In this document: positions 1 to 13,611 of the stretch, piece by piece | Position numbering within the stretch: the first letter of the stretch is position 1 | Layout: each line of letters starts with the position of its first letter | From: Hypanus sabinus | Lineage: Eukaryota | Assembly (NCBI RefSeq): GCF_030144855.1 | Contig: NC_082720.1 | Coordinates: 34,658,001-34,722,000, forward strand | Direction of reading: 5' to 3' | DNA length: 64,000 nucleotides | Made by a program: the position numbers and the translations under genes | The notes under the pieces: model-generated | The model's database searches: none | What the model was told of the DNA's origin: nothing | Seen by the model: the letters and a program-made list of their open reading frames with translations, nothing else

Positions 1-3000
1 TTCCTTAATTGTGCATATCTTGTGACAATGAGCTAATGTCCTGTGTGGCAACTGTCTGGCGAGCTGAGACTGAAGCCCATGGGATGTGTAAATTGGTGTT
101 CATCTCTCTTAGTTCACATCCCAGAGAATTGCATTTCCAGCACTGAGTAGTCTTCTGGGTACTCCGCAGGAAATTTAGGTCTCTGCCCCTGTTCTACATT
201 CACAAAACCATCAGCAGCTTCCAACTTGTCCAGTGACTGGGAAGAATCCAAGACCCTCAAACCTGTGAAAATGTAAACAATGTAATTATACATCATATTA
301 CTATTTGTACAGAACAGAAGAGTCTTAATGAAATGTAGTTGTAAAATCCAGGATCATAGTCATTCTTAGAGTAATCACTTTGACATTCGTTTTTGGTGAC
401 AGTGAATTATAGGTGAGGTGACTCGATTACTTCATCGAGGTAATAAAAGAAAGCATGTGCTTTTTATGAAACATCTGGAAATGCTGAAACCTGTACCATG
501 AAAGAAAGCATTTAACCCATTGAACCTAATTCTTTAAACATACATTTTATCCTGTTATGTATTTTCCACAGTTTGAACTGGTGAATCTTCCATAAAGCAA
601 AAATAATATGTAAAACCTTTACCTCATGCTGGCCGTCTCAGCAAAGATCCCAGGAAAATCAATCTAACTATTATTTTATTCTGGTTAAATGCTCAATTGA
701 TGTGTTACCATTATCCTTTTGAATGGAACAGAACTACACAATGTATTCATCTTCATTTATGTCTCTGTTTTGCCTTTTGTCCTTAAGCTCATTCTTTAGG
801 GAAATAATCAATGGTAGAGCTACATAAAAGATTGGACTTGGAAGCTGAATAAAAGGGATGTGAATTATTGGGGAAAAAATCAGTTCAGACTGGAAATATT
901 AAAAATGGAAATGGAACTGCTGCTGCTACCACAGACTGTTATATTTTGTAAATCAGCACTCTGGTGTGTGTTTGCTGGAAACTGATACTGCAGTAACATG
1001 CTCTGGTCAGACAGAATCCATGCTGTTAGCTCATCTTCAAATCTATTCTTGATAATCAGTTTTACATTAATTTATACAGCATTGGTGTAAGCCTGATGAA
1101 TCTGAAAATCCCTCAGGAAGTTCTGTTGGAACAAACACCCCAAACAGTAATCTGTCCACAATCTTCATTCATTTGATCTGAAAATGTTTATGTTTTAGTT
1201 ATGGTTTGATAAAACTCTGTTTAAATCTGACACAACCAAATGGGTGGATAAGTAGGAGTTGAATTCATGACTGACCTCTTTGAATGTTATTTTCATTGTA
1301 GCAACACTGTTTTGCTTTTGTGGCTTGGTAAGATAATGCTTGATGAATCTGTTTTAACCAGGCTAGGAAACCAAAATGAGAGCTAACAGAAATACAAAAC
1401 ATTCATTTCAGAGATTAAAAATGGTTGAATTTTAAAAGGATTTTAAATCATAGGAAATGGACTCACTGCCATTTGAAAAATGAAACAATTACTTTATTAT
1501 GTTCCCCTTGTCCTCAGCGTCTTTAAAACATCCAATTAGCATATATCCTTCACTAAGTGAATACGAGCTTTCTGAGGATTTGTCAGAGAAGAGCCTCCTG
1601 TAGGACACTTGTCAGTTCTCGTAAAAGAGTCTAACAGCCAGAGATACCAGATAGTTATACGTCAAGGGAAATCACCCCTCAACACAACTCACCCATGCTG
1701 GCCAAAATGTCTTCCAGAACCTGTTCAATTTTTCGGAATTTGGCTCATATCCTGTCAGTCTCTCCTATCAACTGAGCTAGCCAAATGTTTTTTTGAAACA
1801 TTGCAATTGTCTCCACCTCTGCTTTCTCTGGCAGCTCATTCCATGGTAGCTGTACCAAATCTCCCCCCGAGGATGTTGGCACACCTCCAGCTCAGATGCA
1901 ACTCATTGCTCTTATATAGGTCCATTTGTGCCCTGGAAGAGAAGCAATGGTCCAAGAATCTGAATCCCTCCATCCTAGTCCAGCTCCTCAGCCATGCTGT
2001 CCTCCTGTTCCTACCCTCACTAGTATGTGGCACCTGGAGTAATTCCAAGATCACAAACCTTGAGACCTTGCTTTTTGTCCTTCGTCCTTCTCCTTAACTC
2101 TCTATATTCAGTCTGCAGAACCTCATCCCTTTCTCAACATACCATTTTGGAACCAGTGACCTCCAGCTACCTCATGTTAATATATCTTTCTTCCTTTGAG
2201 TTTTGAGAAAGAAAATCCCCCCCCCCCACCATGATTTTGTTCTGTCTCTCCTGAATGAGAAACTTCCTCCATGATCCATCCATTTAGCCATTGTGCTGGA
2301 TCGCATCGAACCAGGCTACAGCCTTGTTTGCTGGCCTGTTCATAGGTGTAGGGTACCAATGTAGTGCTGCCGTTGCCATCACATCCCTTCCACGAGTGCC
2401 AGCTAGACAGCAGCAGATCGCAATTATTGCCCTGTCCAAGCATCTCCAATGGCATTCTGACTTGTGCTGCCAAGGGCCTTTTCCACTGATCACAGACAGT
2501 TTCAGCCAAACTGTTGAGCAAGTGTAATTTATCTCATGATTCTATTAGTTGAACCAGAAAAGTTCTGAACTTGCCTTTGAATAAAGTTAGGTGACTCCTT
2601 TCCAATGAATGGAACTGTGCAAGATGCACAGATGTAAAGCTAAGAGGCCGAGTACAAAGCATACCTGGTCCGTTGGCTTGGCAATTTACAGAACACCCCC
2701 AAGCTCAATGGGAAGTCTAGTGGGAGAATAATCCACATCTCATTGGCACTTGTCTATGTTACCAACCTAGCCATCAGCTTATTCTGGCTAATCATCTGTT
2801 TGGAAAGTTTTTAACTGTAGATGTACTTGAATATTTATAGTACATACCTTCCAACAGGAGATACTGTCCAGTAGTTTGTGAAGGATAGTTTTTCTAAGTT
2901 GCCCACTACCTGACCTGAGACAGTGAAGTCAACTGTCTTCAGAAACACTTTGAAATGGATTAATTCTGCTTAGACAAAGGATCAGATCTTGAGATTGCTC

Positions 3001-3869
3001 ATGTATTTTGGCCAGTATTAAAATGCTTAGGGTACTGATCCACTGAATTTTTGAGAAAGTCTGAATTAATTTTACTATGTCAGTCAGTTCCAGGGAGCTT
3101 TGGCATGTCAGTTGGCAAAAGTAAATATAATTATCACTTTGCAAAGTTCCCTGCAGGAATTAATTCATTGAATTAAATTATAAACTAGGCACTAACATTC
3201 TATGCAATGCCACTTCTAAATTGAATTGTTGGCACAATGTAGTATCTCATTTAATCATCGGTTGTCTTTATACAGCTTCCTTGAAATAGAAATTTCACCC
3301 CAAAATAATTGACAATTTATTTGTGGTATATTTGCTTCTGCTTATACTGCTTTAGAATTTGTTAATGGATTTGTGTCTCTTTACTGGGGTATACCCTGGT
3401 GCACACAATGAACCAGAATTTATCTCCTGCGTTCATAATGACTGTGACATGATGACTGTGCCAGGCTATGAGGTTACAGATTGTGGTGGCGTACTTTTCC
3501 GCTGCTGCTCACGGTCCGCAGTGCTCTATGGATACCTGGCTTTGAGCTGCTTGGTTTGTCCTGTGCCCTTTCCATCTGTCGTGATTATAGCACTGCACAA
3601 CACCACAGACTGTTATTATCTCTGCAAGAAATGTGCAATAGTCATTTCTACCAGTGTGTCATGGACAGACACATCCACAAGTACACTTGCTGTGGACCCT
3701 GTCAATTCCAGTTTTCCTGGAGCTACATTTTGGATCCCAAAGTCCCCTTACACTCTCTGTATCTGCTACTTCTAGAGCTTCTTTCAAATGAAGCAATTTG
3801 GTTCATCTGTAAAGGAAGGACAGTACGTGTTAATCAGGAGGAGGTTTCCTTGCATATGTTTGACAAATA

Positions 3870-5655
3870 CTATACCATAGAACACTACAGCGCAGTACAG
3901 GCCCTTCAGCCTTCCATGTTGTGCCGACCCATATAATCCTTTAAAAAAACTACTAAACCCACACTACCCCATAACCCTCCATTTTTCTTTCATCCATGTG
4001 CCTGTCCAAGAGTCTTTTAAATACCCCCAATATTTTAGCCTCCACCACCATCCCTGGCAAGTCATTCCAGGCACTCACAACCCTCTGTGTATAAAAATTT
4101 ACCCCTGATGTCTCCCCTAAACTTCCCTCCCTTAATTTTGTACATATGCCCTCTGGTGTTTGCTATTGGTGCCCTGGGAAACAGGTACTGACTACCTACC
4201 CTATCTATGCCTCTCATAATCTTGTAGACCTCTATCAAGTCCCCTCTCATTCTTCTACGCTCCAAAGAGAAAAGTCCCAGCTCTGCTAACCTTGCTTCAT
4301 ATGACTTGTTCTCCAAACCAGGCAACATCCTGGTAAATCTCCTCTGCACCCTCTCCATAGCTTCCACATCCTTCCTATAATGAGGTGACCAGAATTGAAC
4401 ACAGTACTCACCAGTTTGGTCTCACCAGAGATTTGTAGAGTTGCAACGTGACCTCTCTACTCTTGAACTCAATCCCCCTGTTAGTGAAGCCTAGCATCCC
4501 ATAGGCCTTCTTAACTACCCTATCAACCTGCGCAGCATCCTTGAGGGATGTATGGATTTGAACCCCAAGGTCCCTTTGTTCATCCACACTCTTAAGTAAC
4601 TGACCATTAATTCTGTACTCAGTCTTCTGGTTTGTCCTTCCAAAATGCATCATCTCACACTTGTCCGGATTGAACTCCATCTGCCATTTTTCTGCCCAAC
4701 TCTGCAGCCTGTCTGTATCCTCTTGTAACCTTCGACAACCTACAACTCCATCCACAACTCTTCCAATCTTTGTGTCATCCGCAAACTTACTCACCCATCC
4801 CTCCGCCTCTACATCTATGTCATTTATAAAAATCACAAATAGCAGGGGTCCCAGAACAGATCACTGAGGCACTCCACTAGTTCCTGACCTCCAAGCAGAA
4901 TACTTTCCTTCCACAACCACCCTCTGCTTTCTTCCTTTAAGCCAATTTTTAATCCACACAGCCAAGGTTCAGCTTATCCCATGCCTCATGACTTTCTGGA
5001 TGAATATCTCCTGAGGGACCTTGTCAAATGCCTTGCTAAAGTCCATGTAGACCACATCCACTGCCTTACCCTCATCAGTTTCTTTTGTTACCTCTTCAAA
5101 AAACTCTATCAGGCTTGTGAGGCACAATCTTCTGTTACAAAGCCATGTTGACTATCCATGAGTAGACTGTACTTCTCCAAATGCTTGTAGATCCTATCCT
5201 TAAGAATCCTTTCCAGTAGTTTGCAGACCACTGACATAAGACTCACCGATCTATAGTTCCCAGGTTCTCCCTGTTACCTTTTTTAAACAAGGGAACTACA
5301 TTTGCCATTCTCCAGTCCTCCGGCACTTCCCTGCAGCCAAAGAGGATTCAAAGATCATAACTAATGCCCCTGCGATCTCTTCTCTCAATTCCCACAATCA
5401 CCTGGGGTGTATCATATCTGGCCCTGGGGATTTATCAATCTTAATGTTTTTAAGAATATCCAGCACTACGTCTTCTTTAATCTCCTCATTGTTCAGCACA
5501 CAGGCCTGCTCTACTTTGACCTCATCCTGATCAAGATGCTTTTCACTTGTGAATACTGAAGCAAAGTATTCATTTAGGACCTCCCCAACCTACTCCCCTC
5601 TTTATCCTTTAGCAGCCCCACCTTAGTTCTCGTCATCCTCCTGTTCTTCAAAATG
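3870..5655 (-). mobile_element. CR1 LINE, 5'-truncated (reverse transcriptase and 3' UTR)
   Basis: ORFs 4408-4836 (FINDID..SKFADDTK) and 4062-4367 (ERVQRRFTRMLPGL..RGDLIEVYKIM) are typical of CR1 ORF2. Confidence 0.92.
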
Positions 5656-6010
5656 GTGAGTACCTGGGTTCATTGCCCACTCAGAAATCTGATGGAGGGG
5701 AAGAAGCTGTTCCTGAAATGTTACATCTGTGTACCTGCCCTTGATAGTAGCAATGAGAAGAGGGCATGTCCTGGGTGATGGGGTCCTTAATAATGGATTG
5801 TGTTGCAACACCACTCAACTACTTAATCTGTCTCACTCTTGTACCCCTCCTTGTCATCATCTGAAATTCTGCCAACAGTAGTCATGTCATTGGCAAACTT
5901 ACAGATGGTGTTTGAGCTGTGCCTAGCTGCAGAGTAATGGGTGTAGAGGGAGTAGAGCAGTGGCTGTGCATGTTTCCTTGAGGAGTGCCAGTGTTGTTTG
6001 TCAGTGAAGT
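5656..6010 (-). mobile_element. Rex-Babar-like LINE fragment
   Basis: Degenerate KFANDMT RT motif, and a C-terminal segment similar to the copies at 30093 and 37796. Confidence 0.55.
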
Positions 6011-6189
6011 TCTTCCAATGTAGAGTTCTTGTTCCCAGATGGTTAGATGAAAACTTTAGTCCCTCAGGGTGGGGAGTAACTTGATGTCAAAGTTTCATGA
6101 CTAGGCCAATACCAGGTTTATTCCTTTCCTGAGTAATGTCTTGTCTTGTCTTGTCCATACTGTACCGACTGCTGCCACAGGGCTATAAA

Positions 6190-6312
6190 CATGCAAGAGC
6201 AGTGTGTGGTTAAGTGCCTTGCTCAAGGACACACACGCTGCCTCAGCTGAGGCTCGAACTAACGACCTTAAGATTGCTAGCCCAAAGCCTTAACCGCTTG
6301 GCCGCTTGCCAC
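6190..6312 (-). mobile_element. tRNA-derived SINE with CORE-like domain
   Basis: On the - strand: A box (gcggccaagcgg), B box (gttcgagcc), then gtgtccttgagcaaggcacttaacc. Confidence 0.7.
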
Positions 6313-7634
6313 ATAATGGCAATGGAACAGATGAATGGTGTGCAAGGCCACTTCAGACGACACTGGAAGGAAGATCAATCACAAAAAGATGGCCAGGATG
6401 ACAGATTCCCTCTCAGAACCACATGGTGAACCAGATTGTTTTTTTTAAATAAAACAATCTGGTAGGTTTCAGGGTCATCATCACTATGGTTTGTACTTTT
6501 GTCACCAGTTGGTTGAGTGTGCTTGACCTTACCAGCATCACTTGTGTGTGCAAGTCAATGATAGTAATTTAGAGGTAGAGCTCAGCCTGTTGTGGCTACA
6601 GTATAGCTGAAGCCTTCAATTTCATATTTTAGGTATTGGTTCAAGGGCATTGTATTGTTTCCTTGAAGCCATGCTTCAAAAAAATCAGGCCCTATCTTCT
6701 TTGTTAATGTACAGTCATAATTTTCAAAAGACCTTGTTTACCCTTCAATGCAATTAGATTGGACTTCAGTGTAATTGGAATATTTCTGAAGAATTGCCAA
6801 AGTTAAAAGACAATCTTAAGGATTGAAAAGCTACCTGGTAAATCTGTCATTTTCAGAATTGTATCTCATCAGCTAGATTATAGATTTGCATTATAAACTG
6901 AACTGTCAGAAAGTCAAGCTGCATTAGAGAGACCAAAAATGTAGGGACATATTCAGTATCAGAAAAGCCCATCGTGTTAGATGGAAACTATATTTGTGAT
7001 CAATTGTGCATAGTCAATATTTTAACATGATTGTCCATAGCTGTCTGCGGAACAAGGCATCATTCAGCTGTTTGTCCTGACATGCATATCTTGTATATTT
7101 ATTATCTACAAAGATGGCTCTTTTCCAGGACATGTCAGTTTCCAGTTCCTTTAGCACACCCGTTACAGGATTTGTATTGATCTTGCATAATGTTGTCTTC
7201 CAATGGATGGTGCTTTAATGCTTGATCTGGACTTGGAAACGTGAAGGCACCTAGCCTGATTTTTCATTTGCTAAATCCAGAATTTAATTTCTATTTTGGC
7301 TTTTGGCAAATACAGCCTCATTACACATCATGGAGTATGTTGGAGTGGTTTCCCATGTTGGTGTTACTTCTTGCACCTATACAGAACTCCAAAATTTCAT
7401 TACTTTCACTGCCAACTTTCCACCTTATTCTCATATTTACACAGCCCATCTCTGACACCACCCTTTCTTTATCTTGCTGTTTCTATCTCAAGTGATAGCC
7501 CAGCCACAAATACCTTTTACTAGCCCTGAGACTCAAACAGCTACCTTTGCCATACATTCCCTCACTCTGTTTCTTGTAAGGATGCCATACCTTGCAAAGA
7601 GATCATTTTGGTTCCCCTTTTAAAACTAGTATGA

Positions 7635-7885
7635 GTGATATCCTTGACTCATTTGAAGTTTACATCCCGTATAGAGAAAGTTACCAGAGGAACAATTCTA
7701 CATTTAAGAAATCTTGCAAAGATTTGTCTGATTCTGTCATGTAATGATGCTGAAAAACTAATTCACAGCTTTATATCAAATGGATTAGATTACTGGCCTT
7801 CAAAAGCAATCTATTGACAAAGTTCAACTCATTCAGAACGCTGCTGCTAGACTTTTAACTAAAACCAATATGAGGGAGCCTATCA
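7635..7885 (+). mobile_element. L2-clade LINE fragment
   Basis: HLRNLAKI..DAEKLIHSFISNGLDY and LIQNAAARLL are L2 ORF2 C-terminal motifs. Confidence 0.75.
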
Positions 7886-9204
7886 CCACTCCCCAGCTAA
7901 AGAGATTCCTCCTCATCTCTGTTCTAAAAGGACATCCTTGTATTCTGAGGCTCTGCCCTCTGGTGCTAGACTCCCCCACTATAGGAAACATCCTCTCTAA
8001 GTCCACTCTATATAGGTCTTTCTATTTTCGATAGTCTATTAAGTAGCAACACTGGCCTGTAGCTGGAAGAATGTGTCATGGTGTGCGCTGGCAACACCTG
8101 AACCCAGGTGTGGAGGAGTGACAGGCTCCTGTGTAGATACAGAAACAAATGTTTAAACATCGGTGGCGCGACTGAGCGACTTTGCAAGACAAACCATTCT
8201 CAGAACAAGGACCCCGCAGTAAGCACTAATTGGGAGTCCATTTTAAATAATCACAGTATGTGGAAAACCCGTGCCAGTCAAAGTAAACTTGACAAGGTTA
8301 AACAGAAAGCACAGGGGCTTAATGGTTCTGGTTAAAACAACAATGGACAAGGGCAGGTGCTGTAGAAACCTCTCTACGGCTTTCCGCACAGGCCCACAGG
8401 GCTGATGAAGGAGAGGGTACTTGTATTATTGTCTGTCCCTTTAAAAGCCAACTGTAGACCAAGCACGAGAGCTTGCAATGCAGGAAATGTGTACACACTG
8501 AAACTCAAACTTTTGGTTACAGTACAGTGTTACAGAGAGAAATCTAACACTATGATGAAAACCTCAATTGAAATTGTGCGTATTTGTGTGACTTCCATGG
8601 ATAACATCAGGTTTTTCATCCATTAAGCAAAAAAAGAAGGTATTTGAATGAGTGCAACAATTACCATCTTTTTGAAAACAAGGTGCTTTGAGGGCAACTA
8701 GGCACTAAAACTTAATGTCAGAAGAGAAGGGAAACAAATAAAGTACCAACTGTTAAATGTCCCATTATATTCACACTAGCACTGGGAAACAAGTTGCAAT
8801 GATTGGAGAAGTGATTCTAATCATAATTAATATTCTGTATGCTTACTCAAGAGAGTAAATAGAGTAGCTTATTCATTCTTACGAACTTACTGAGGAGTAA
8901 GCATTTGCCTGCTTTAGCAATGGAGAGGCTGAGTTAAATAGATGCTCATAAATCATTCTGTGTTAAATCCTGATCAGGAGGAGCCACAATCTGAACAACC
9001 CTGCGATAAGCAATTTCATGAGTAGATATGTGTCAATGTTCATTAAAAATAGGATACATTTCCAGAATCTGATATTTTGTTTTGAGAACACCCTTCATAC
9101 AAACACCAGTTGGATGCCGGCAGTCAATAGCTCAGCAACCAATGATTATAAAGAATTCACATGCTTTGGGTCAAGATGCTTCACAGGACTAGCTCAGAGA
9201 CCTT

Positions 9205-9392
9205 TCTTCCCATTCCCCTTCTCCTCTCTATGCTGGCCATAGCTCCAGGCCAGTCTTAGCCCTGATGCAGGGTTTCGACCAGAAACATTAACAGTTCTGT
9301 TCTTCCCGTGCATGGATGCTGCTCGACCCACTGAATTCCTCCAGCACATTGTTTGTTGCTGCAGATTCCAGCATCTGCAGGCTCTTGTGTGT
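9205..9392 (+). mobile_element. Penelope-like element terminal repeat (degenerate hammerhead motif)
   Basis: cctgatgcagggtttcgaccagaaacatt followed by the gatgctgc..cctccagca..gattccagcatctgca tail shared by this family. Confidence 0.7.
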
Positions 9393-10099
9393 CCCTATTT
9401 GAGTATTTAACCTAATCCTTAAAGAAAGAAGAGTGAAATCTTTTTAGGTGATGGCATCCTTGTGCACAGCAGCTTGTCTTTCTAACTGTTAAGAACTTGA
9501 ATCACTGGCCTCTGCAGGTGAATGTGGTGAAGGTAATGAATATCTAGAGTGGTCGCCTGGGTACCAATCCAGTGACTCCTTTCTCTTGAATCTCCTGAAT
9601 TTTACACCTGTAGTAACAAAGCAGTGTGTCTGCATGTAACGGTGTGTCTTTTAAGCATAGGTTGGTATGTGGTAGGAAAATTCCATCTGGTGTCTACCCA
9701 TGAAATTTGTGGCATTATAATTTCCAGACCCCTTCCTTCAGCACTCTGGGGATCATAGCTGAGCAGAAGCTCACTGAGATTGGCCACATAAAAGCTGTGG
9801 CTGTCAGATATTTGCCATCTTGCAGTGACTGATTCTTTCTGGCTTGGAGGTAGACTTCCTAATGTCTGATGGGACGCTGTTCCTGAATACAACTCAACAA
9901 ACTTCGCCATTCAGGACAAAGCGGTTGGCTTGATTAGTACCTTTCCAGAATGCTTAAATATTTATTCTCTTCACCACCATCACAGCATAGTTGCAGTATA
10001 TACTATCTACCAAATGCCCTGCATTTACTTACTTAGTTTACTTTGACAAAAAAAACCCCATAAAAACACAGGATAAGATGTTACTATCCCTTGTGCCAC

Positions 10100-10830
10100 T
10101 GGGTCATGAGTACTTGCTCGAGACTGCCTTGATGTTGGGAGTGGCACAGGGTTGACGTGCAGGGATTTTCAAGTGGGCACTCTCCTTCCTTGAGGCTTCA
10201 TCGACTAGCCCACGACATCTCTGGAGGGTTCAACAGTGACTTCTGGTGTCTCAGAGCCTCATCCTGTTGTGTCCTCCCACTCTCTTGATGCTATCTTGGA
10301 GGCCAAGAGAAGTATTTTCGCTTGATCCAAAGCCATTGACTGCTTCTTTCCACTGCCTCTGATGAGGCTCCGATGGTTTGCCATAGTCCGACCTTGAACC
10401 CATAGCTCTTTCAGCAATTTGATGTTGGATGTGAGTATAAATCCCCTAGAACCCACTTCCACAGGAAAAACTTTGATACTCTAGCCTCATTGCTGAGCTT
10501 CAGTTGCTAAAACTGCATAGTGCAGCCTCTTGCGTTCATGCTTCAGCCACTCAGTCCCCCACAGGACTGCAAGTTCCATGATGTAGATGTTCTGTAATGA
10601 ATTGGACCAGAGAACCAAGTCTGGCCTGAGGTCAGTGGTAGCAATTTCTGATGGAAAGGTGAGATGTTCATTGTCATCCACCAGCATTTTCCAGTCTCAG
10701 ACCATGTTCATCTGTCCTTTTTCTGGCTTAGAAGGGGGATAGCAACTTCCCAATCTCACTGCCTCTTGTCCCAGGAATGACAAGTAGAACAGCTGCACAG
10801 GAACCCCACCACTTGCAGGTTCCCCTCCAT
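10100..10830 (-). mobile_element. Hero/NeSL-type (R2 group) non-LTR retrotransposon, restriction-like endonuclease end
   Basis: LRPDLVLWS..IYIMELAVLW..ERKRLHYA and VEVGSRGF motifs (ORFs 10487-10687, 10259-10462). Confidence 0.8.
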
Positions 10831-11168
10831 ATAACCATATAACAATCACAGCACGGAAACAGGCCATCTTTGCCCTCCTAGTCCATGCCGAACTCTTAAT
10901 CTCACCTAGTCCCACCTACCCGCACTCAGCCCATAACCCTCCACTCCTTTCCTGTCCATATACCTATCCAATTTTACCTTAAATGACACAACTGAACTGG
11001 CCTCTACTACTTCTACAGGAAGCTCATTCCACACAGCTATCACTCTCTGAGTAAAGAAATACCCCCTCGTGTTTCCCTTAAACTTCTGTCCCCTAACTCT
11101 CAAATCATGTCCTCTCGTTTGAATCTCCCCTACTCTCAATGGAAACAGCCTATTCACATCAACTCTAC
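10828..11168 (-). mobile_element. Young CR1 3' end
   Basis: ORF 10906-11157 (TRGHDLRVRG..FFTQRVIAVWNELP) and an octamer-repeat tail (ccatataaccatataac). Confidence 0.88.
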
Positions 11169-12300
11169 AAGTGGCGCACTATCATCCCAGAATCCTCAAG
11201 GCAATAACTTTGCTGAAGGACCTTCACCAGAGGATTGTAGCAATTCAAGAAAGCAGCTCAGCATCACCTATAAGGGGCATGTGGTGATGGTCAATAAATG
11301 CTACCCTTACAACAATGCCCAGATCCCATAAAAACGTGGTGTACGGATTTCCTGCTGCTCTTTTGGACTTGTTCCTTAATGAGTTGTTCCAGTCTTCAAA
11401 TGTCTGTCTTGAGTTTTGACCTCCAAATAATGTGACCTGAAATTGTAATGGTATTTCCTGTGTCAGAACAGCACTTTCTGTGTCTGTGCTACTGACTTTG
11501 TGCTGAACAAGGCCTGTGATACTATTTGTCCAGTGCTTTCAAACTTCACTAACTGACCTTGCCTCGCCTGGCTACTTCTTTTAAATTCTTTTGGTATTTA
11601 AATAAATGTTTTTCACCTCGTTATTTAAAAGAATCTTCCCAGTAGTGCTTTAAATACTCAAATGCCTGATATTAAAGATAAGTATTTTGCTTCCACTTCA
11701 ATTGATTACCCATGGTCTTCATTTTAAATGATGCCAAAAGAATTCAAAGGAACCCAGAGTCGAAAGGTAAGCCAGCGACACTACCAGGGGCATAACTCGA
11801 TGCCAGCTGCTGTCTCACAGCTTCAGAACTCAGGGTCCCTGAACTCCAGTGCTGCCTATGTGGAGATGGCACCATTGTTCCCATGAAGCCCTTGGTTTCC
11901 ACCCAGTGTCCTGCTTTTTTCTGACCACCCACAGACTCGCTGGCTATTGTAAAACCATGCAATGCAGGTGAAGGTGGCAAAATAAGCTAAGGGGAGTTTT
12001 TGGACATGTAAGGGAATAAAGGAAATAAGGCGAGAGAAGATGGGAGATTGCAAGGTAGCATGGGCCCGATGTGTCAATAGGTTTTCTTGTGCTGTAACAA
12101 GTAAGCAATCAAAATACAACAACAAAATGCAACTCCATGTACAAAGTCAGGCTGTAACTAATAGAATGCAAAGATCGAGTTCATTCTATGTACATTAGAG
12201 AGGACCACACAAAATCATTTATATTATCCAACAGGTTAATGCTGAGAGGTCTACATAGAATATCTTATAGATAGTTACCAAAGAACAATGTTTTTACTCT

Positions 12301-12448
12301 AGGCAACACACACAAAATGCTGCTGAAGAGTTTCGGCCTGAAACGTTGACTGTGCTTTGTTCCAGAGATGCTACCTGGCCTGCTGAGTTCCTCCTTCACT
12401 CTGTGTGTATTACTTGGATTTCTAGCATCTGTAGATTTTCTCTTGTTT
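12301..12448 (+). mobile_element. Penelope-like terminal repeat insertion
   Basis: ctgctgaagagtttcggcctgaaacgttgac plus the family tail, with a short inverted copy at the 5' side. Confidence 0.75.
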
Positions 12449-13611
12449 ATGCTTTTACACTCTCTATTTTGCTCTTTGTATGTAAGATCCCAGTCTTGTG
12501 CTTTATCTAACTTAAAATGAAATATACTTTTGACGTTCATTTTGAAATTTGACATTTCCAAATCATAAGAAATCAATGTCTCCCCTTGACCAGTGTCATA
12601 ATAGACTTTTCAGAATCAATCCTTTCAAGGTTATATTTAATTGGGTTGATCTTGGTTGGTATTCTGTTTGCACTATCCATTTTATGGCGGTATCTGCTTC
12701 TTCACTGTTCAAAGACAGAATTGATTGAGGATTGTGGAATCTGGAATAACAAACAGAAAGTCCATCGCTTCTCAGCTTCTATCCCAACCACTCACCTCCT
12801 GGTACTGATTATATACAAGCAATCATTCCTCTTTCCTCTCAGTCCATCTTGACCCCAAACATCAACCTGCAACTTTTGCTTCTACAGATGCTGCCTGACC
12901 GGCAGAGTTTGCCCAGTGTTAGCTATAGACAGTCTTCACTGTACTAGCAACCACTTCATAAAGTAGTTTGCAGAAATGAGACATTTTGAATTCTTCCTCT
13001 TGTAATCTTTTGATCTGATCAATATCTGAAAATGGAAATCTAAAGAATACATACAAGATAAATGTACACAACAGGTGTTTAACTTGTGTTTAACATTTTT
13101 GTTTAACATGGTTAAACAAAAATATATTCCCTATTTTGTACAGAGAAACTGTAAGTTCTAATAAAGTATTTACAGGTCAAACTATTTTCAGATTCTGAAG
13201 TATTTCTTCTATATTTTCAACATTTTTGATTTTCTTTGGCTGCATTTTAAGTAGCCAGTAAATTATATTAAACATTGTCCAATCAATATCTTTTGTATGA
13301 CTAGAGGGATCAGAGTGCCATTTAGAAATGCACTAACCAATAACATGATCCCTATGGTTGTTTTTTTCCTCTTAATATTGATTCAAAACCTAATTTATAC
13401 CGGACATGATTGACTTTCCTGAATCAACACAGATAGTCAGAACATGGATAGAAGTTTAAAATAAAAGAAATAGCAAACTCCAAATAAATTAAATCTTCAG
13501 CTTTGGGATTTCAGTTGATATAAATTTTGAACTGACATTGTTCAATGTCTAGTAATTTAAAAATTCATTAGAAAAGTTATGAGTACATAGAACACCACTT
13601 TATTTGAATTT

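Noticed and set aside
1093-1112. ctgatgaatctgaaa, hammerhead-like core words
   Set aside because: No room for helix II and no flanking helices.
2284-2493. - strand peptide CLDRAIIAICC resembles a relaxin B chain, and DISSLS near position 30 resembles an A-chain end
   Set aside because: No signal peptide, no CGR motif, wrong cysteine spacing, no suitable splice donor, and the pieces are in incompatible frames. Most likely chance.
3359-3936. Two overlapping Cys-rich ORFs (138 and 151 aa)
   Set aside because: Non-ATG starts, no recognisable domain or splice structure, and one runs into a CR1 tail.
6190-6312. A-box/B-box sequence as a possible tRNA gene
   Set aside because: Continues into a SINE body with no complete cloverleaf; called as a SINE.
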